From positions 736,001 through 800,000 of the forward strand of contig CAXXLF010000002.1 in the NCBI GenBank assembly GCA_963664015.2: DNA of 64,000 nt, read 5' to 3'. Origin of the DNA: Candidatus Binatia bacterium (GTDB lineage: Bacteria; Desulfobacterota; Binatia; UBA9968; CAXXLF01). Of the stretch, positions 40,032-50,483 are shown in pieces. The notes beneath the pieces were generated by a model that worked only from the letters and a program-made list of their open reading frames with translations, was not told the DNA's origin and did not search any database. Within the stretch, counting starts at the first letter, position 1; the number at the start of each line of letters is the position of its first letter. The position numbers and the translations under genes are program-made.

Positions 40032-40700
40032 ATGACTGCCATGCCTGACGAACAAACAATGGCCGACCTCTGGCAAGAGATCGATGCCCTGAGCCGGAGC
40101 TTCTACGACCAGGTTTATGAAGTATCCAAAGAGTTCTGGGCCACCAAGCCTTCCGGCGAGCGCCTCAACCAGTGGCTCACGGAAAGGGTCTGGAGCGAAC
40201 GGGAGGGCGCCAAGATGCACGCCTACGTGGTCGTGCAGATGGCTGAAGTCCTTGAATCTCAGGATTTGGTTTTTTTGGCTCAACAGGCTGCCGACGAGGC
40301 GCACCATTGCCAGTTGGTCGGCGATTGTTTAAAAACACGGGGACTGAGTCTCAAAGGCTACGAACCCGCCCCTCGCTGGCGGGCCATCTTTCAAGAAGAC
40401 TACGATGCGGCCGATACACGCGATCCTATTCTCCTCTTCTCTATCCTCCATATGGGAGGAGAGGGTCCGGCTTCTGCGACGGCCAAGGCCGCAGCGGAGG
40501 CACTGAAGGACACCCCGGATGCGGATATTGGCCGGGCCTACGAGAAGATCTACCCGGAGGAGGCAGGCCACTGGAAGGCGGGACGGGACGCCCTCAAACG
40601 CCACGCCACCACCCCAGAGGCACTGGAACGGTGCCATGAGGCCCTCAAGACAAAGGCCAAACGGCTCTTCTCGGGATACAAACGGATGGCCAAGGAATGA
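40032..40700 (+). CDS. Ferritin-like (putative di-iron) protein
   Basis: Helical protein; E...DEAHH...E...EEAGH pattern; AGGAG RBS. Confidence 0.75.
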   Translation: MTAMPDEQTMADLWQEIDALSRSFYDQVYEVSKEFWATKPSGERLNQWLTERVWSEREGAKMHAYVVVQMAEVLESQDLVFLAQQAADEAHHCQLVGDCLKTRGLSLKGYEPAPRWRAIFQEDYDAADTRDPILLFSILHMGGEGPASATAKAAAEALKDTPDADIGRAYEKIYPEEAGHWKAGRDALKRHATTPEALERCHEALKTKAKRLFSGYKRMAKE

Positions 40701-40703
40701 GAC

Positions 40704-40784
40704 TTACGCATCCTCAACTGCATTAACCACGTCGGCCTCTCGGGCAAGGTCCTCCATCTCTACATTCTTCAGGAAAAGAACCAT
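40704..40784 (-). pseudogene. N-terminal remnant, probably ornithine cyclodeaminase/mu-crystallin family
   Basis: GAAGGA RBS then MVLFLKNVEMEDLAREADVVNAVEDA*, resembling OCD-family N-termini. Confidence 0.45.
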
Positions 40785-40888
40785 CGTGTTTCCTTCTTTC
40801 CCCCGTGGAGGAAGCTCCCGATCAAGGCGACTCATCTTAATCGTGAATAATACTTCAAAGCCATGAGTGTCACTCCGTGGTACGGGGT

Positions 40889-41746
40889 TTAAAGGGTGAT
40901 GATCAAAATGGACCCGGCTACCGTGGTAACAGCACCGACGACCACCCTCAGATTGAGCACTTCCAAGTCACGAAGAAAAATCGTGGTGAGAAGAAGAGAA
41001 AGAACCGGATTTGCTCCGATCAGAGGGTTGACGACAACGACCTTGCCGTAACTCAAGGCATAAAAGGCCGACAGCATGGCCGCCGTATGTGCAGATCCGG
41101 CCGCCAGGAACCAGGCGAAAGACCTCCGTGTCAACGAAAAGGACCGCCACCCCCCTTGGGCCTGGTGCATTATCGCTCCAACAACGACCGCCGTGGTTGC
41201 TGATGTAGTCGCCGCCATCAAGGGGAGGTTCGCGATGAGCAATCCGAGCTTACGCAGAATGGAGGCTGAAGCGAAACAGAACGAGGCTAGGGCCGGATAG
41301 ATCAGGTCGAGCTTCCGCCAGTGGGATTTTTGCGTCTGGGACCCGGAAAGAATCACAATATCAAGGATGACCAGGGATGTGCCTATGATATTTTGCGCTG
41401 GCCAAATCTCTCCTACCAGAATAACGGCCATAATTGAGGAAAACATCGGCGACGTGTTGGTAATAGGCACCGAACGCGCTACCCCGATACGTTCGATCGA
41501 TATGAAGGTCATGAGTCGGCCGATGGCCGGGGCAAAAATTCCGCCGGCAATAAAGTACCAAATCGCCTGCGTATTAAAACTAGACAGAGGTATTGAGAAC
41601 AAGGTAACGAGCCAAAGCAAAACGGCGGAGATGATGATGGAGACGATGGTACCGGTGGCCGAATTGGAGGTCACCAGACCGCGCCGTATCAGAATATGGG
41701 AGGCGGAAAAGCAAAAGGCGGCCTGAATAGCAAAGTAGATACTCAT
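40889..41746 (-). CDS. EamA/DMT transporter (paralog 1)
   Basis: 285 aa, about 10 TM; GGIFAP.IGR, GKVVVV.PL. Confidence 0.9.
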   Translation of the reverse strand: MSIYFAIQAAFCFSASHILIRRGLVTSNSATGTIVSIIISAVLLWLVTLFSIPLSSFNTQAIWYFIAGGIFAPAIGRLMTFISIERIGVARSVPITNTSPMFSSIMAVILVGEIWPAQNIIGTSLVILDIVILSGSQTQKSHWRKLDLIYPALASFCFASASILRKLGLLIANLPLMAATTSATTAVVVGAIMHQAQGGWRSFSLTRRSFAWFLAAGSAHTAAMLSAFYALSYGKVVVVNPLIGANPVLSLLLTTIFLRDLEVLNLRVVVGAVTTVAGSILIITL

Positions 41747-41895
41747 AGTTGGCCAGAATGAACTCAGAACATGTCAAGACATTGGATTGACACGGGAATC
41801 CTGGTCTCATGATCACACACGCTCCTGGGCAACCCGAACCTGAGTCTTATCTTCTCCACCCTGGAGTGTCAATCTTCTTCACGAACAAGATGAAC

Positions 41896-41924
41896 TTGAC
41901 AACGAATACGGGTTTCCATATTCT
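41896..41924 (+). promoter_or_regulatory. Putative sigma70 promoter of the amidohydrolase-cupin-maiA operon
   Basis: TTGACA-17 bp-TATTCT. Confidence 0.6.
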
Positions 41925-42031
41925 CTCAGACACGTCCCTTCCGGATGGCAGGGGCGTCCTCCTAATGTTCTTTGTGCTGAGCTTTTGATAGGGGTCAGGA
42001 CCTGACGGGAACCAGAGAAAAGGAGAAGCCA

Positions 42032-43240
42032 ATGGCCAAAGGCGGATTCAAAATCTTTGACAGTGATATGCACATCATGGAGCCAGCCGACCTGTGGGAG
42101 CGCTATATTGACCCCAAGTTCCGCTCCATCTCCCCCCTGGGCAGGACCTCCGACAACGTACGCGACCTGGGATTGATCTATCGCGACCGAAGCCCAGTAG
42201 GCAGAAGCACTACCGGAGTACCTCATCGCGGCCACAACTATGAGAAAAACCAGAAGGTCTATCGTGACCACTCCCAACGTGGCTGGGGTCCCGACTGCCA
42301 GTTGGAGGCGATGGAATTGGAAGGACTCGACGTCGCGGTGCTCTTCCCCAGCCGGGGATTGAGCGTCCTGACCCAACCGGATTATGACCCCCCGTTCGCC
42401 GCCGCCATTGCCAGGGCCTATAACGATTGGATGTTCGAATTCTGTCAGCCCGACACAAAGCGGCTTATTGGTGCCGGGATGCTCTCGGTTTACAATATCG
42501 ACGACGCCGTCGAGGAAGCCCACCGGGTCGTGGAAAAGCTGGGGTTCCGGGCGGTGTTTCTCCGCTCTAATATCGTCAACGGCAAGACCTGGCACGACCC
42601 CTATTACGAACCGTTGTGGAAAACACTGGAGGAACTGGATATCCCCGTAGGCTATCATGAGGCTTCAGGTTCCCGATCGCACCAAAGCGCAGAGCACTTC
42701 GATCCCAACTTCGGCCTGCGTCGGGTCTATGCCCAACCCTTCGAGCAGATGCTTGGCCTCGGCAGCTTTGTAGCGGGAGGTATTCTCGAGCGGCACCCCA
42801 AGCTTAAGGTGGCCTTTCTCGAGGCCAACTGCTCCTGGTTGCCCTGGCTCCTCTGGCGGTTCGACGAGGGCTACGAACGGGAAGGTGACGTCTTCATGGA
42901 AGAGCTGACCATGGCACCGAGCGAGTATTTCAAGCGCCAGTGCTATGTCTCCGTGGAGCCCGATGAGCTCCCTGCCCGTTATGTCATTGACGCCTTCGGT
43001 AGTGACCAGATCGTCTTTTCCACGGATTATCCACACGGGGACTCCAGATATCCAGGTGCCGTGGATGCCTTTCTAGAACTACCCCTCTCCGATGAGGACA
43101 AGCGAAAAATTCTCTGGGACAACTGTGCTCGATTCTATGCGGTTGATGAAGTACCGGAAACGGTAAGTTCGCAGCCAACAGGAACCAACGGACGTTCCAT
43201 CGAGGCAAAAGAAGGGAGAGATGCCCATGAAGACCGATAG
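42032..43240 (+). CDS. Amidohydrolase_2 family protein
   Basis: FDSDMHIMEP, LFPS, YNDW, YHE, LEANCSW, STDYPH.D, DNCARFY. Confidence 0.92.
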   Translation: MAKGGFKIFDSDMHIMEPADLWERYIDPKFRSISPLGRTSDNVRDLGLIYRDRSPVGRSTTGVPHRGHNYEKNQKVYRDHSQRGWGPDCQLEAMELEGLDVAVLFPSRGLSVLTQPDYDPPFAAAIARAYNDWMFEFCQPDTKRLIGAGMLSVYNIDDAVEEAHRVVEKLGFRAVFLRSNIVNGKTWHDPYYEPLWKTLEELDIPVGYHEASGSRSHQSAEHFDPNFGLRRVYAQPFEQMLGLGSFVAGGILERHPKLKVAFLEANCSWLPWLLWRFDEGYEREGDVFMEELTMAPSEYFKRQCYVSVEPDELPARYVIDAFGSDQIVFSTDYPHGDSRYPGAVDAFLELPLSDEDKRKILWDNCARFYAVDEVPETVSSQPTGTNGRSIEAKEGRDAHEDR

Positions 43241-43838
43241 GCAAAATGCACTGGAGCGATTTGTCGAAAAGACACGGGAATTGTTTTCCAAAGAACAGGA
43301 CCCTGAAAAACGTTGGTCGGCGCTTTCGCCGATCCTTTCCGAGCTGCTGGCGGAGCCCCAGGTACTCGAGGCCTCCCAGAAATGGCCCGATTGTCTTCCC
43401 AAGGACGGGCGCGCGGAGAATCTCCTCTTCTATGTCGACCCCGATTATGGCTTCGCCATCAACGGCCTGACCAAAGGGGCCGCCAGGCGGGGTCAGCGCA
43501 CTCGCATCCACGACCACGCCCATATCTATACCCTTTACGGAGTACTCGACGGTCACGAAAATGTCGAGCGCTACGAGAGGATCGACGATCGTTCCCGCCC
43601 CAACTACGCGGAGATTCGGAAAAGCAGCGACCAGCTCGTCGGTCCGGGCGAAATCGACCTCGTGAAACCCTACGAAGTCCACTCCGAGCTCACCGTGGGT
43701 GAGAGAACCGTCGCCGTCATCATTCGCAGCGAGAAGGCCGGTGGGTTCAACCAGGGGCGCTATAATCCGGAGACCTTCGAGTACTTCGAGAGCCTGGGAC
43801 CGCGTCAGACACCTGTCGAGATGCTACCCAAGGGCTAA
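43221..43838 (+). CDS. Cysteine-dioxygenase-like cupin
   Basis: TRIHDH...LYGVLDG.E..ERY.R.DD, EVHSE; start may be 43227. Confidence 0.7.
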   Translation: MPMKTDRQNALERFVEKTRELFSKEQDPEKRWSALSPILSELLAEPQVLEASQKWPDCLPKDGRAENLLFYVDPDYGFAINGLTKGAARRGQRTRIHDHAHIYTLYGVLDGHENVERYERIDDRSRPNYAEIRKSSDQLVGPGEIDLVKPYEVHSELTVGERTVAVIIRSEKAGGFNQGRYNPETFEYFESLGPRQTPVEMLPKG

Positions 43839-43867
43839 TCCTCGAGGCCAAATCAAAAAGAGTCACT

Positions 43868-44512
43868 ATGAAACTCTACAGCTTCTTTCGCAGTTCTGCG
43901 TCCTATCGAGTCCGTATCGCATTGACTTTCAAGGGACTGGGATACGAACAGGTCCCCATCCATCTGCGCCGCAATGGTGGCGAACAGTTCCATGCCGAAT
44001 ACAAGGCAGTGAACCCTCAGGAACTCGTTCCCACGCTAGTCGATGCCGGCCGTAATCTCAGCCAATCCCTAGCCATTATCGAGTATCTGGAAGAACGTTT
44101 CCCTGATCCCCCATTGCTCCCTAAAGATCCTGCAGACCGGGCAACCGTGCGCGCCATGGCCCTTGTCCTCGCCTGCGAGGTGCACCCGCTGCAAAACTTG
44201 AGGGTCCTCGTCTATCTGAAAAACAAACTGAACCAAGAACAAGCCGAGATCGACCGCTGGTCCCAGCATTGGATAGCCCTCGGTCTATCGACGCTGGAGA
44301 CGATGATGCAATCGGCCCCCAAGCAGGGGAATTTCTGCTTCGGAGACACGCCAACGCTGGCCGATATCTGTCTCGTCCCACAGCTCGCCAACGCCCGTCG
44401 TTTCAATTGCGACCTAACCCCCTACCCCACCCTCATGCGTATCGAAGCCGCCTGTCTGATTCTCCACCCCTTTATTGAAGCTATCCCCGAGAACCAACCG
44501 GACGCCGAATAA
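43868..44512 (+). CDS. maiA: Maleylacetoacetate/maleylpyruvate isomerase (zeta GST)
   Basis: LYSFFRSSASYRVRIAL, NPQELVPTL, QSLAIIEYLEE, HPLQNLRVL, PENQPDAE. Confidence 0.93.
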   Translation: MKLYSFFRSSASYRVRIALTFKGLGYEQVPIHLRRNGGEQFHAEYKAVNPQELVPTLVDAGRNLSQSLAIIEYLEERFPDPPLLPKDPADRATVRAMALVLACEVHPLQNLRVLVYLKNKLNQEQAEIDRWSQHWIALGLSTLETMMQSAPKQGNFCFGDTPTLADICLVPQLANARRFNCDLTPYPTLMRIEAACLILHPFIEAIPENQPDAE

Positions 44513-44720
44513 CCTGGTAATCCTAGCTAATCTGGCTAATTTAGCCCCCGATGCGGCGGACCACAGAGGGTTTCCAAAAATCCAAGGGAATGACTAAAAC
44601 CTATATTCTAGTGTTACGCCCAGAATTCCCAGCGGCTCGTACTCAGAGTAAAGCCATCCCGTTTTCAACAGGTTCGCTAATGATGTGGATTTGTTTGGGT
44701 CAGAATGGGGCGGGATCATC

Positions 44721-45847
44721 CTACCCAGCGTGCAGCATGTCGGCCAACCAGCGAATGGCGAGGGCGCGTGCCTCTGGGGGGCCCATGTGACCTCCGGGAT
44801 AAAAGCGGCCGACCTTGGGACTCCCATGTTCCATCAACAGGTAATGATCACGAATGGGAAAGACCGAGTCGCCGACACCGTTGATACAGAATAAGGGTGC
44901 GGACGGGTTGTCCAGCAGGCCCTGATCGAGTAGCGAGAACTGGCCCGCATGCTCCACCCAGTCATCGAAGGTTTTGAGACCAAAGGCGAAGGCAAGGGTC
45001 TCGGCCAGCTCGAAGGGGTATTCACCGTACTGTGACTTCTCGATCCAATCAGGCTGGAAGGCGTAGTGGACCGGGCCGCCGTGATTGACCACGGCCTTTA
45101 ATAAGTCCGCGTGGGTGTGCGCGACCTTGGCCGCCCAGTAGCCTCCCGTACTGGCCCCCATGGCGGCGATGGGCCTGCCACCTACTTCGGGGTGGGAGCG
45201 CGCCCAGCTAAGAGGGTATCGAAGAAGCCCTCCGGGTCTTGGGAGCCATCGATAGGTGCCTCGCCTACACCCGGCATGTCGATGCTCAGGAGTAAAAGGT
45301 TTTCTTTGAGGAACGGCCCAGGCAAACGATCTTCCTTGTATCCGTCGATACCGCCCCACGAGACCACCATGGGATGCGGCCCCTCGGTTGCCGGGCGATA
45401 GAGGTACCCCTTGATTACGTTCCCACTGGTGAACCGCCCATGCAATGGGATTTCAACGACCTCCGGAACATGGCCAAAATAGGGCGCCGCCTTTAGCCAG
45501 TTGGCCTTTGACCTCGAGTAGGCCTCTCCCTTGGCAGGGGAATTGGGCGCCGGGTAACGGGCCACCCGGTAGGTTGCGAAAGCCAATAAATAGTTGTCCC
45601 TGGCCTCCGTTTGATCTCCGGCGGCCTCCGCCTTGGCCGCCTTATCCTCGTAAGGCAAAGCCGCTTCTGAGAAAATCTTGGCCCACGCAACAGATTCGAC
45701 CGAACTCAACTTGGAAAAGGCGTTGCTGATATCTTCCAGTTTGCATTCGGCAAACGGATTTCGGTTGTGGCGGGCCCGTTCCAGCAGGATATGACGAATC
45801 TTAGGAAACGGTCGAGAATAGTACTTGATACGATTGTTCTTTTCCAT
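44721..45847 (-). pseudogene. Alpha/beta hydrolase (FrsA/DUF1100, dihydroxypseudooxynicotine-hydrolase-like) split by one frameshift
   Basis: 5' ORF has GGIDGYKED and DMPGVGE; 3' ORF has GASTGGYWA, D.VFP, GGHMG; frames join near 45210. Confidence 0.8.
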
Positions 45848-45899
45848 GGCAGCCTGATCTAGAGAGTCCTCCCCTAATTATCCTATTGAGACTATCTTG

Positions 45900-46757
45900 T
45901 CATGCGGTAATGACGAGGATGGAACCCGCCACCGTGCAAGCAGCTCCGACAACAATGCGGGAGGTAATGGACTCCAGATCTCTAAGAAAGATAGCCGAGA
46001 GAATTATTACCAGCACCGGGTTAGCGCCAATCAGGGGTTCCACAGTAACTACCTTGCCAAAACTCAGGGCGTAAAAAACCGACACCATCGCCGTGGTATT
46101 GGAGATCCCAGCAGCAAAGAACCAGCTAAACGAGCGCCGTGACAAAACGATCGCTTTCCTTCCCCCGTGCAGTTGCAACATGATCAGACCCAGCAGTAGA
46201 CCCGTCGAGGCCGTTACCGCAGCCCCCATGATAGGAAGGTGTTCAACCAGTAGACCCAATTTGCGCAAGTTGCTCGACACAGCAAAGGCAAAGGCAGCCA
46301 TAACGGGAAATATCAAATCGATTTTACGCCATTGAACGTTCAGAGATTCTTTCCTTGAAAGGATGACAACTCCAAGAACCACGAGGGATGTTCCCAGGAA
46401 ATTCTGCAGTGTCCATCGCTCGCCCATGAGAATGACGGCTAGAATGGATGCGATCATGGGATACGTATTAGCAATGGGAACCGACCGCGCGGCACCCACG
46501 CGTTCCATGCCGAGGATGGTCAAGGTCCGTCCCAACCCGGGTGCAAAAATCCCACCGGCCAGGAAGTACCAGACGGCATGGCTCCGGAAGCTTGCCAACG
46601 GGACAAAGAAAGGCACCAGGGTCCACAAAACAACGGCTGACATAGTCAGGGAGAAAAGGGACGCCGTAATGCCATTGGAAGACACCAACCCGCGACGGTT
46701 CAAGACGTGGGACAGCGCAAAACAGAGAGAGGCCTGGATAGCAAAGTAATCGCTCAT
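45900..46757 (-). CDS. EamA/DMT transporter (paralog 2)
   Basis: 285 aa from MSDYFAIQA; ATGA overlap with the upstream paralog. Confidence 0.9.
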   Translation of the reverse strand: MSDYFAIQASLCFALSHVLNRRGLVSSNGITASLFSLTMSAVVLWTLVPFFVPLASFRSHAVWYFLAGGIFAPGLGRTLTILGMERVGAARSVPIANTYPMIASILAVILMGERWTLQNFLGTSLVVLGVVILSRKESLNVQWRKIDLIFPVMAAFAFAVSSNLRKLGLLVEHLPIMGAAVTASTGLLLGLIMLQLHGGRKAIVLSRRSFSWFFAAGISNTTAMVSVFYALSFGKVVTVEPLIGANPVLVIILSAIFLRDLESITSRIVVGAACTVAGSILVITA

Positions 46758-47611
46758 GCGGTTATCACCAAGACCGTACCAAGCACCGTGCAAAGCGTCC
46801 CCGCAACAACACGAAACGTGACGGCCTCTAAATCTTTCAGGAAGAGAGCGGAGAGAGGGAGGGTGAGGACGGGATTCGCATTGACCAGAGGATCTACGAT
46901 CACTACTTTTCCGTAGCTCAAGGCATAGAAGACCGAAACCATGGCTGCCGTAGTAGTTAATGCGCCCGCAAGTAACCAACCGAGAGATTTCCGGGGCAAC
47001 AAGAAGACTTGCCGGCCTCCCTGGAACCGAAGAATGGTCATCGAAAAGATCACGGCTGTCGTCGCAGTCACCGCCGCTGCCACGAGAGGAACGTTGTCTA
47101 TCAGTAGCCCGAGTTTACGGAGATTGGTCGAAACGGCAAAAGAGAGAGCTGCCAAGGCTGGGAAAACGAGGTCGCGTTTTCGCCATCGAGTCTGTCCCGA
47201 CCCCCTCGTGGAAAGGATCACAATCCCGAGAATCACCAGAGAGGTGCCCAGGAAATTCTGCAGTGTCCAACTCTCGCCCATGAGGAGTACGGCCAGTATC
47301 GACGCCACCATTGGGGAAGAGTTGGAGATCGGGATAGAGCGTCCGACGCCGACCCGCTCCATTCCCGTCATGCTCATGAGTCGTCCAAGGCCGGGTGCAA
47401 AGATACCGCCCGCTAGGAAATACCAGATCGCAGGTGTTCGGAAACTGGACCAAGGAACAACGAAGGGCACGATACTCCATAAAACCACTGCGGATATAAT
47501 GATGGAGAATAGAGACGCGGTGATAGCGTTGGACGCGACAAGACCACGGCGGTTCAAGATATGGGAAATGGCAAAGCAGAAGGCAGCCTGAAGGGCAAAG
47601 TACTCGCTCAT
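46754..47611 (-). CDS. EamA/DMT transporter (paralog 3)
   Basis: 285 aa from MSEYFALQA; ATGA overlaps at both ends. Confidence 0.9.
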   Translation of the reverse strand: MSEYFALQAAFCFAISHILNRRGLVASNAITASLFSIIISAVVLWSIVPFVVPWSSFRTPAIWYFLAGGIFAPGLGRLMSMTGMERVGVGRSIPISNSSPMVASILAVLLMGESWTLQNFLGTSLVILGIVILSTRGSGQTRWRKRDLVFPALAALSFAVSTNLRKLGLLIDNVPLVAAAVTATTAVIFSMTILRFQGGRQVFLLPRKSLGWLLAGALTTTAAMVSVFYALSYGKVVIVDPLVNANPVLTLPLSALFLKDLEAVTFRVVAGTLCTVLGTVLVITA

Positions 47612-48465
47612 AACGTAATCACCAAGATCGATCCACCGACAGTACAGGCGGCCCCTACCAGGATACGCTTGGTAATGGCTTCCAGGTCCCTGAGGAAGAT
47701 GGACGACAAAAGAATGGCCATAAAAGGATTAGTACCGATGAGAGGCTCGACTATCACCACGGGACCAAAGCTGAGCGCATAAAACACCGAAATCATGGCC
47801 GTCGTGTTGGTGAGGCCGGCGGCCAAAAACCATCCGAAGGAGCGCCGTGACAGCAAAAACGCCTGACGTCCCCCCTGCACCTGAAGCATAACCAATCCAA
47901 GAAGAAACCCGGTACTGGCCGTGGTCGCTGCGGCCATAAGAGGGATATCGGTAATGAGCAACCCGATCTTGCGGAGATTCACAGAGATGGCAAAAGAAAA
48001 CGCCGCCATGATGGGAAAGATCAGGTCGACTTTACGCCATTGAGCTTGCCCCCTCTCTCTCTTGGAGAAAATCACAACCCCCGAAACGACCAGAGACGTG
48101 CCCAGGAAGTTTTGCAACGTCCAGGTCTCCCCCATAAGGATCACGGCCAAAACGGAAGCGAAAATAGGTGAGGCGTTAGATATGGGCACGCAACGGGCAA
48201 CACCAACCCGCTCGATTCCTGTGAGATTCAGGAACCGCCCCAGACCGGGGGCAAAGATGCCTGCGACAAGAAAGTACGGCAGTGCAGGCGTCCAAAAGGC
48301 GGCAAATGGGACAAGAAAAAGGACCACAATCCACAACACAAGCACCGACACACTGAAGGAAAACACAGACGCGGTTATGGCATTTGAGGTAACCAAACCT
48401 CGGCGGTTTAAGATATGCGAGAGCGCAAAAAAGACAGCTGCCTGGACGGCTAAATACTCGGTCAT
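47608..48465 (-). CDS. EamA/DMT transporter (paralog 4)
   Basis: 285 aa from MTEYLAVQA. Confidence 0.9.
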   Translation of the reverse strand: MTEYLAVQAAVFFALSHILNRRGLVTSNAITASVFSFSVSVLVLWIVVLFLVPFAAFWTPALPYFLVAGIFAPGLGRFLNLTGIERVGVARCVPISNASPIFASVLAVILMGETWTLQNFLGTSLVVSGVVIFSKRERGQAQWRKVDLIFPIMAAFSFAISVNLRKIGLLITDIPLMAAATTASTGFLLGLVMLQVQGGRQAFLLSRRSFGWFLAAGLTNTTAMISVFYALSFGPVVIVEPLIGTNPFMAILLSSIFLRDLEAITKRILVGAACTVGGSILVITL

Positions 48466-48632
48466 GAGGTGCTCGCTGACCGCAGCCCTTCCTCTTCTAT
48501 ATTGTGATAAGGGTTTAACATGAAACCAGCAGGATCACGGATCAACCAAGACAAGGAATGGACGATATCAGCGACTCTCCCTCCTCTACACTCCCAGGGA
48601 GATTTTGTACATTTCCAAATCGACCGCCCGGT

Positions 48633-50167
48633 TTAGGAGATTTGGAGTTTCTTTGAGAATGGGCTTGCAACTCTTGGGGGGGGGGAGGTTTTCGGAAGGC
48701 TTTCTCGAAATTGCACAAAGCGCGGTAGCTTGAAATCCGCCAGGCTATCTTTAGACCAATCGATGAGTTCCTCTCCCGTCATGGATTGCCCGACCATGAG
48801 CACAACGCAAGCCATGACGTCGTCTTCCCCCAAATCGAAAAGAACGGCTATGACGGCCGATTCTAAGACCTTCGGATTCTCATTGACGACGCCTTCAACC
48901 TCAGCTGCTGAAATGTTTTCCCCCTTTTTTCGGATGATATCTTTTTCTGTCAGCGAAAAAGAAATAACCATCCTCATCCTTGTAAGCATAGTCGCCGGTA
49001 TAAAGCCACCCATCCCGAATCGCCTCTGCGGTCTTTTGGGGATCTTTGAAATAACCGCGCATCAGCACCGGGCTTCGAACCGCAAGTTCGCCTACCGTTT
49101 CTACGGGAACCCCCCTCATAATCCACGATTTTCAATTCGGAAAAGCCGCCGGACCACCCCGGGTGCGTTGCGGGAATGCCTTTGCTTTTCATCTTTACAA
49201 TTCCCCCGATGGGATTTTGGAAAACCGCCGGGATCTCTGTCATTCCGTAGGCGTCGATGACGTGAGGGATTTTAAACCTCTTGGTGAAAGCCTCATAGAC
49301 TCGGGGACTAATGCCCGCTCCTATGGCCACTCGGATTCGATGGTCGGAAAGAAATTCGTCTTCCCGTCGACTGCACAAGGCAGAGCCTATGGCCCCGACA
49401 AAATTGAGTTCGGTCGCCCCGTAGCGCACAGCCTGATGCCAGAACTGACTGGCGCTGAACTGGTGGATCAATATGAGGCTAGCCTCCCCCGCTATGGCTC
49501 CCCAGGTACTGTAAAACTGGGCATTCATATGAAAGAGCGGCAGGATGGTCATAATACGATTATTAGAGTTAATTTGGGTGCGTACAAGAAAGGCCTCGCC
49601 AGTTACCAGTACGCTATTGTGTATATGCATAACCCTCTTGGGGAATCCTGTGGTTCCTGAAGTATAAATCACGCAAGCAAGCTCATCGGCTTCAAGATTT
49701 ACCGGCCTCAGGATGTTCGACATCCTCTCTGATAAAGGGCTTGAGGGCAATCACGCTTTCAGGCAGTTGGTACTGTTCCATGTCAACACAGGAAAACCAC
49801 GTTAATCGAGTGTAGTTCTTTTGTATCTGGTCGATGATTTCAAGGCGTTCTTCCGAGACGATCAGGCCCACCGCCTCGAGTGTTGCACAATGTATTGGCA
49901 TTCATTGGCTTTAAAATTCGCATTGATGGGAACGGCTACGCCCACGATCTTACACAATGCAAACCAGCGATACCGGAACTCAGGGATATTGCGTAGCAAC
50001 AGACACACTCGGTCCCCACGCTTCAACCCCTTTTCCAGTAAACCTATAGCCACCCGGCTAACTGTCTCGTCAAAATCTCCGTAGCTGACCCTGACGACGT
50101 TATAGTAGAGAAACAAATTTTTCCGAAATTTCTGTACTTTGTCTTCCCAATAGCGCCGCAGATTCAA
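48633..50167 (-). pseudogene. CaiC-like acyl-CoA ligase pseudogene
   Basis: Fragments in several frames: GDRVCLLL.N.PEF, YTSGTTGFPK, YGMTE, GYFKDP..TA.A..DGWLYTGD, GENISAAEVE, LPKT. Confidence 0.88.
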
Positions 50168-50356
50168 GTCTCAACCTGAGTCTGGCTTTATCAGCAAACT
50201 TTCAATGAGATTTATTCTTAGCAAGAAAATAGTAGACGGAAAGTCCGAAAATCGCGACATCACCGCTTACGGGCGGAGGGTCCCTCGCTCAATATTTATT
50301 GCTAATGTGTACAAATTTGACCGTTGATCAAGGAAAATAGCGAACGGAGGGCTTCA

Positions 50357-50459
50357 AGAGACCGCCGATTAATTGCCTTGTAGTTTAAACTGGCGGTCTC
50401 TACTTTGTCATCGAATGTCGCATTTCAGGGAACAGGCGCCGCCCGATGGACGGCGCCTG
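50357..50459. terminator. Two hairpins downstream of the TTT binding-protein gene
   Basis: AGAGACCGCC/GGCGGTCTCT (50357-50401) and CAGGCGCCG/CGGCGCCTG (50433-50459). Confidence 0.45.
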
Positions 50460-50483
50460 GAATGATTCATTTCGCTGGGGGCA

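Noticed and set aside
50220-50460. Riboswitch or ncRNA upstream of the CoA-ligase pseudogene
   Set aside because: Hairpins are present but I recognise no aptamer consensus; an Rfam scan would be needed
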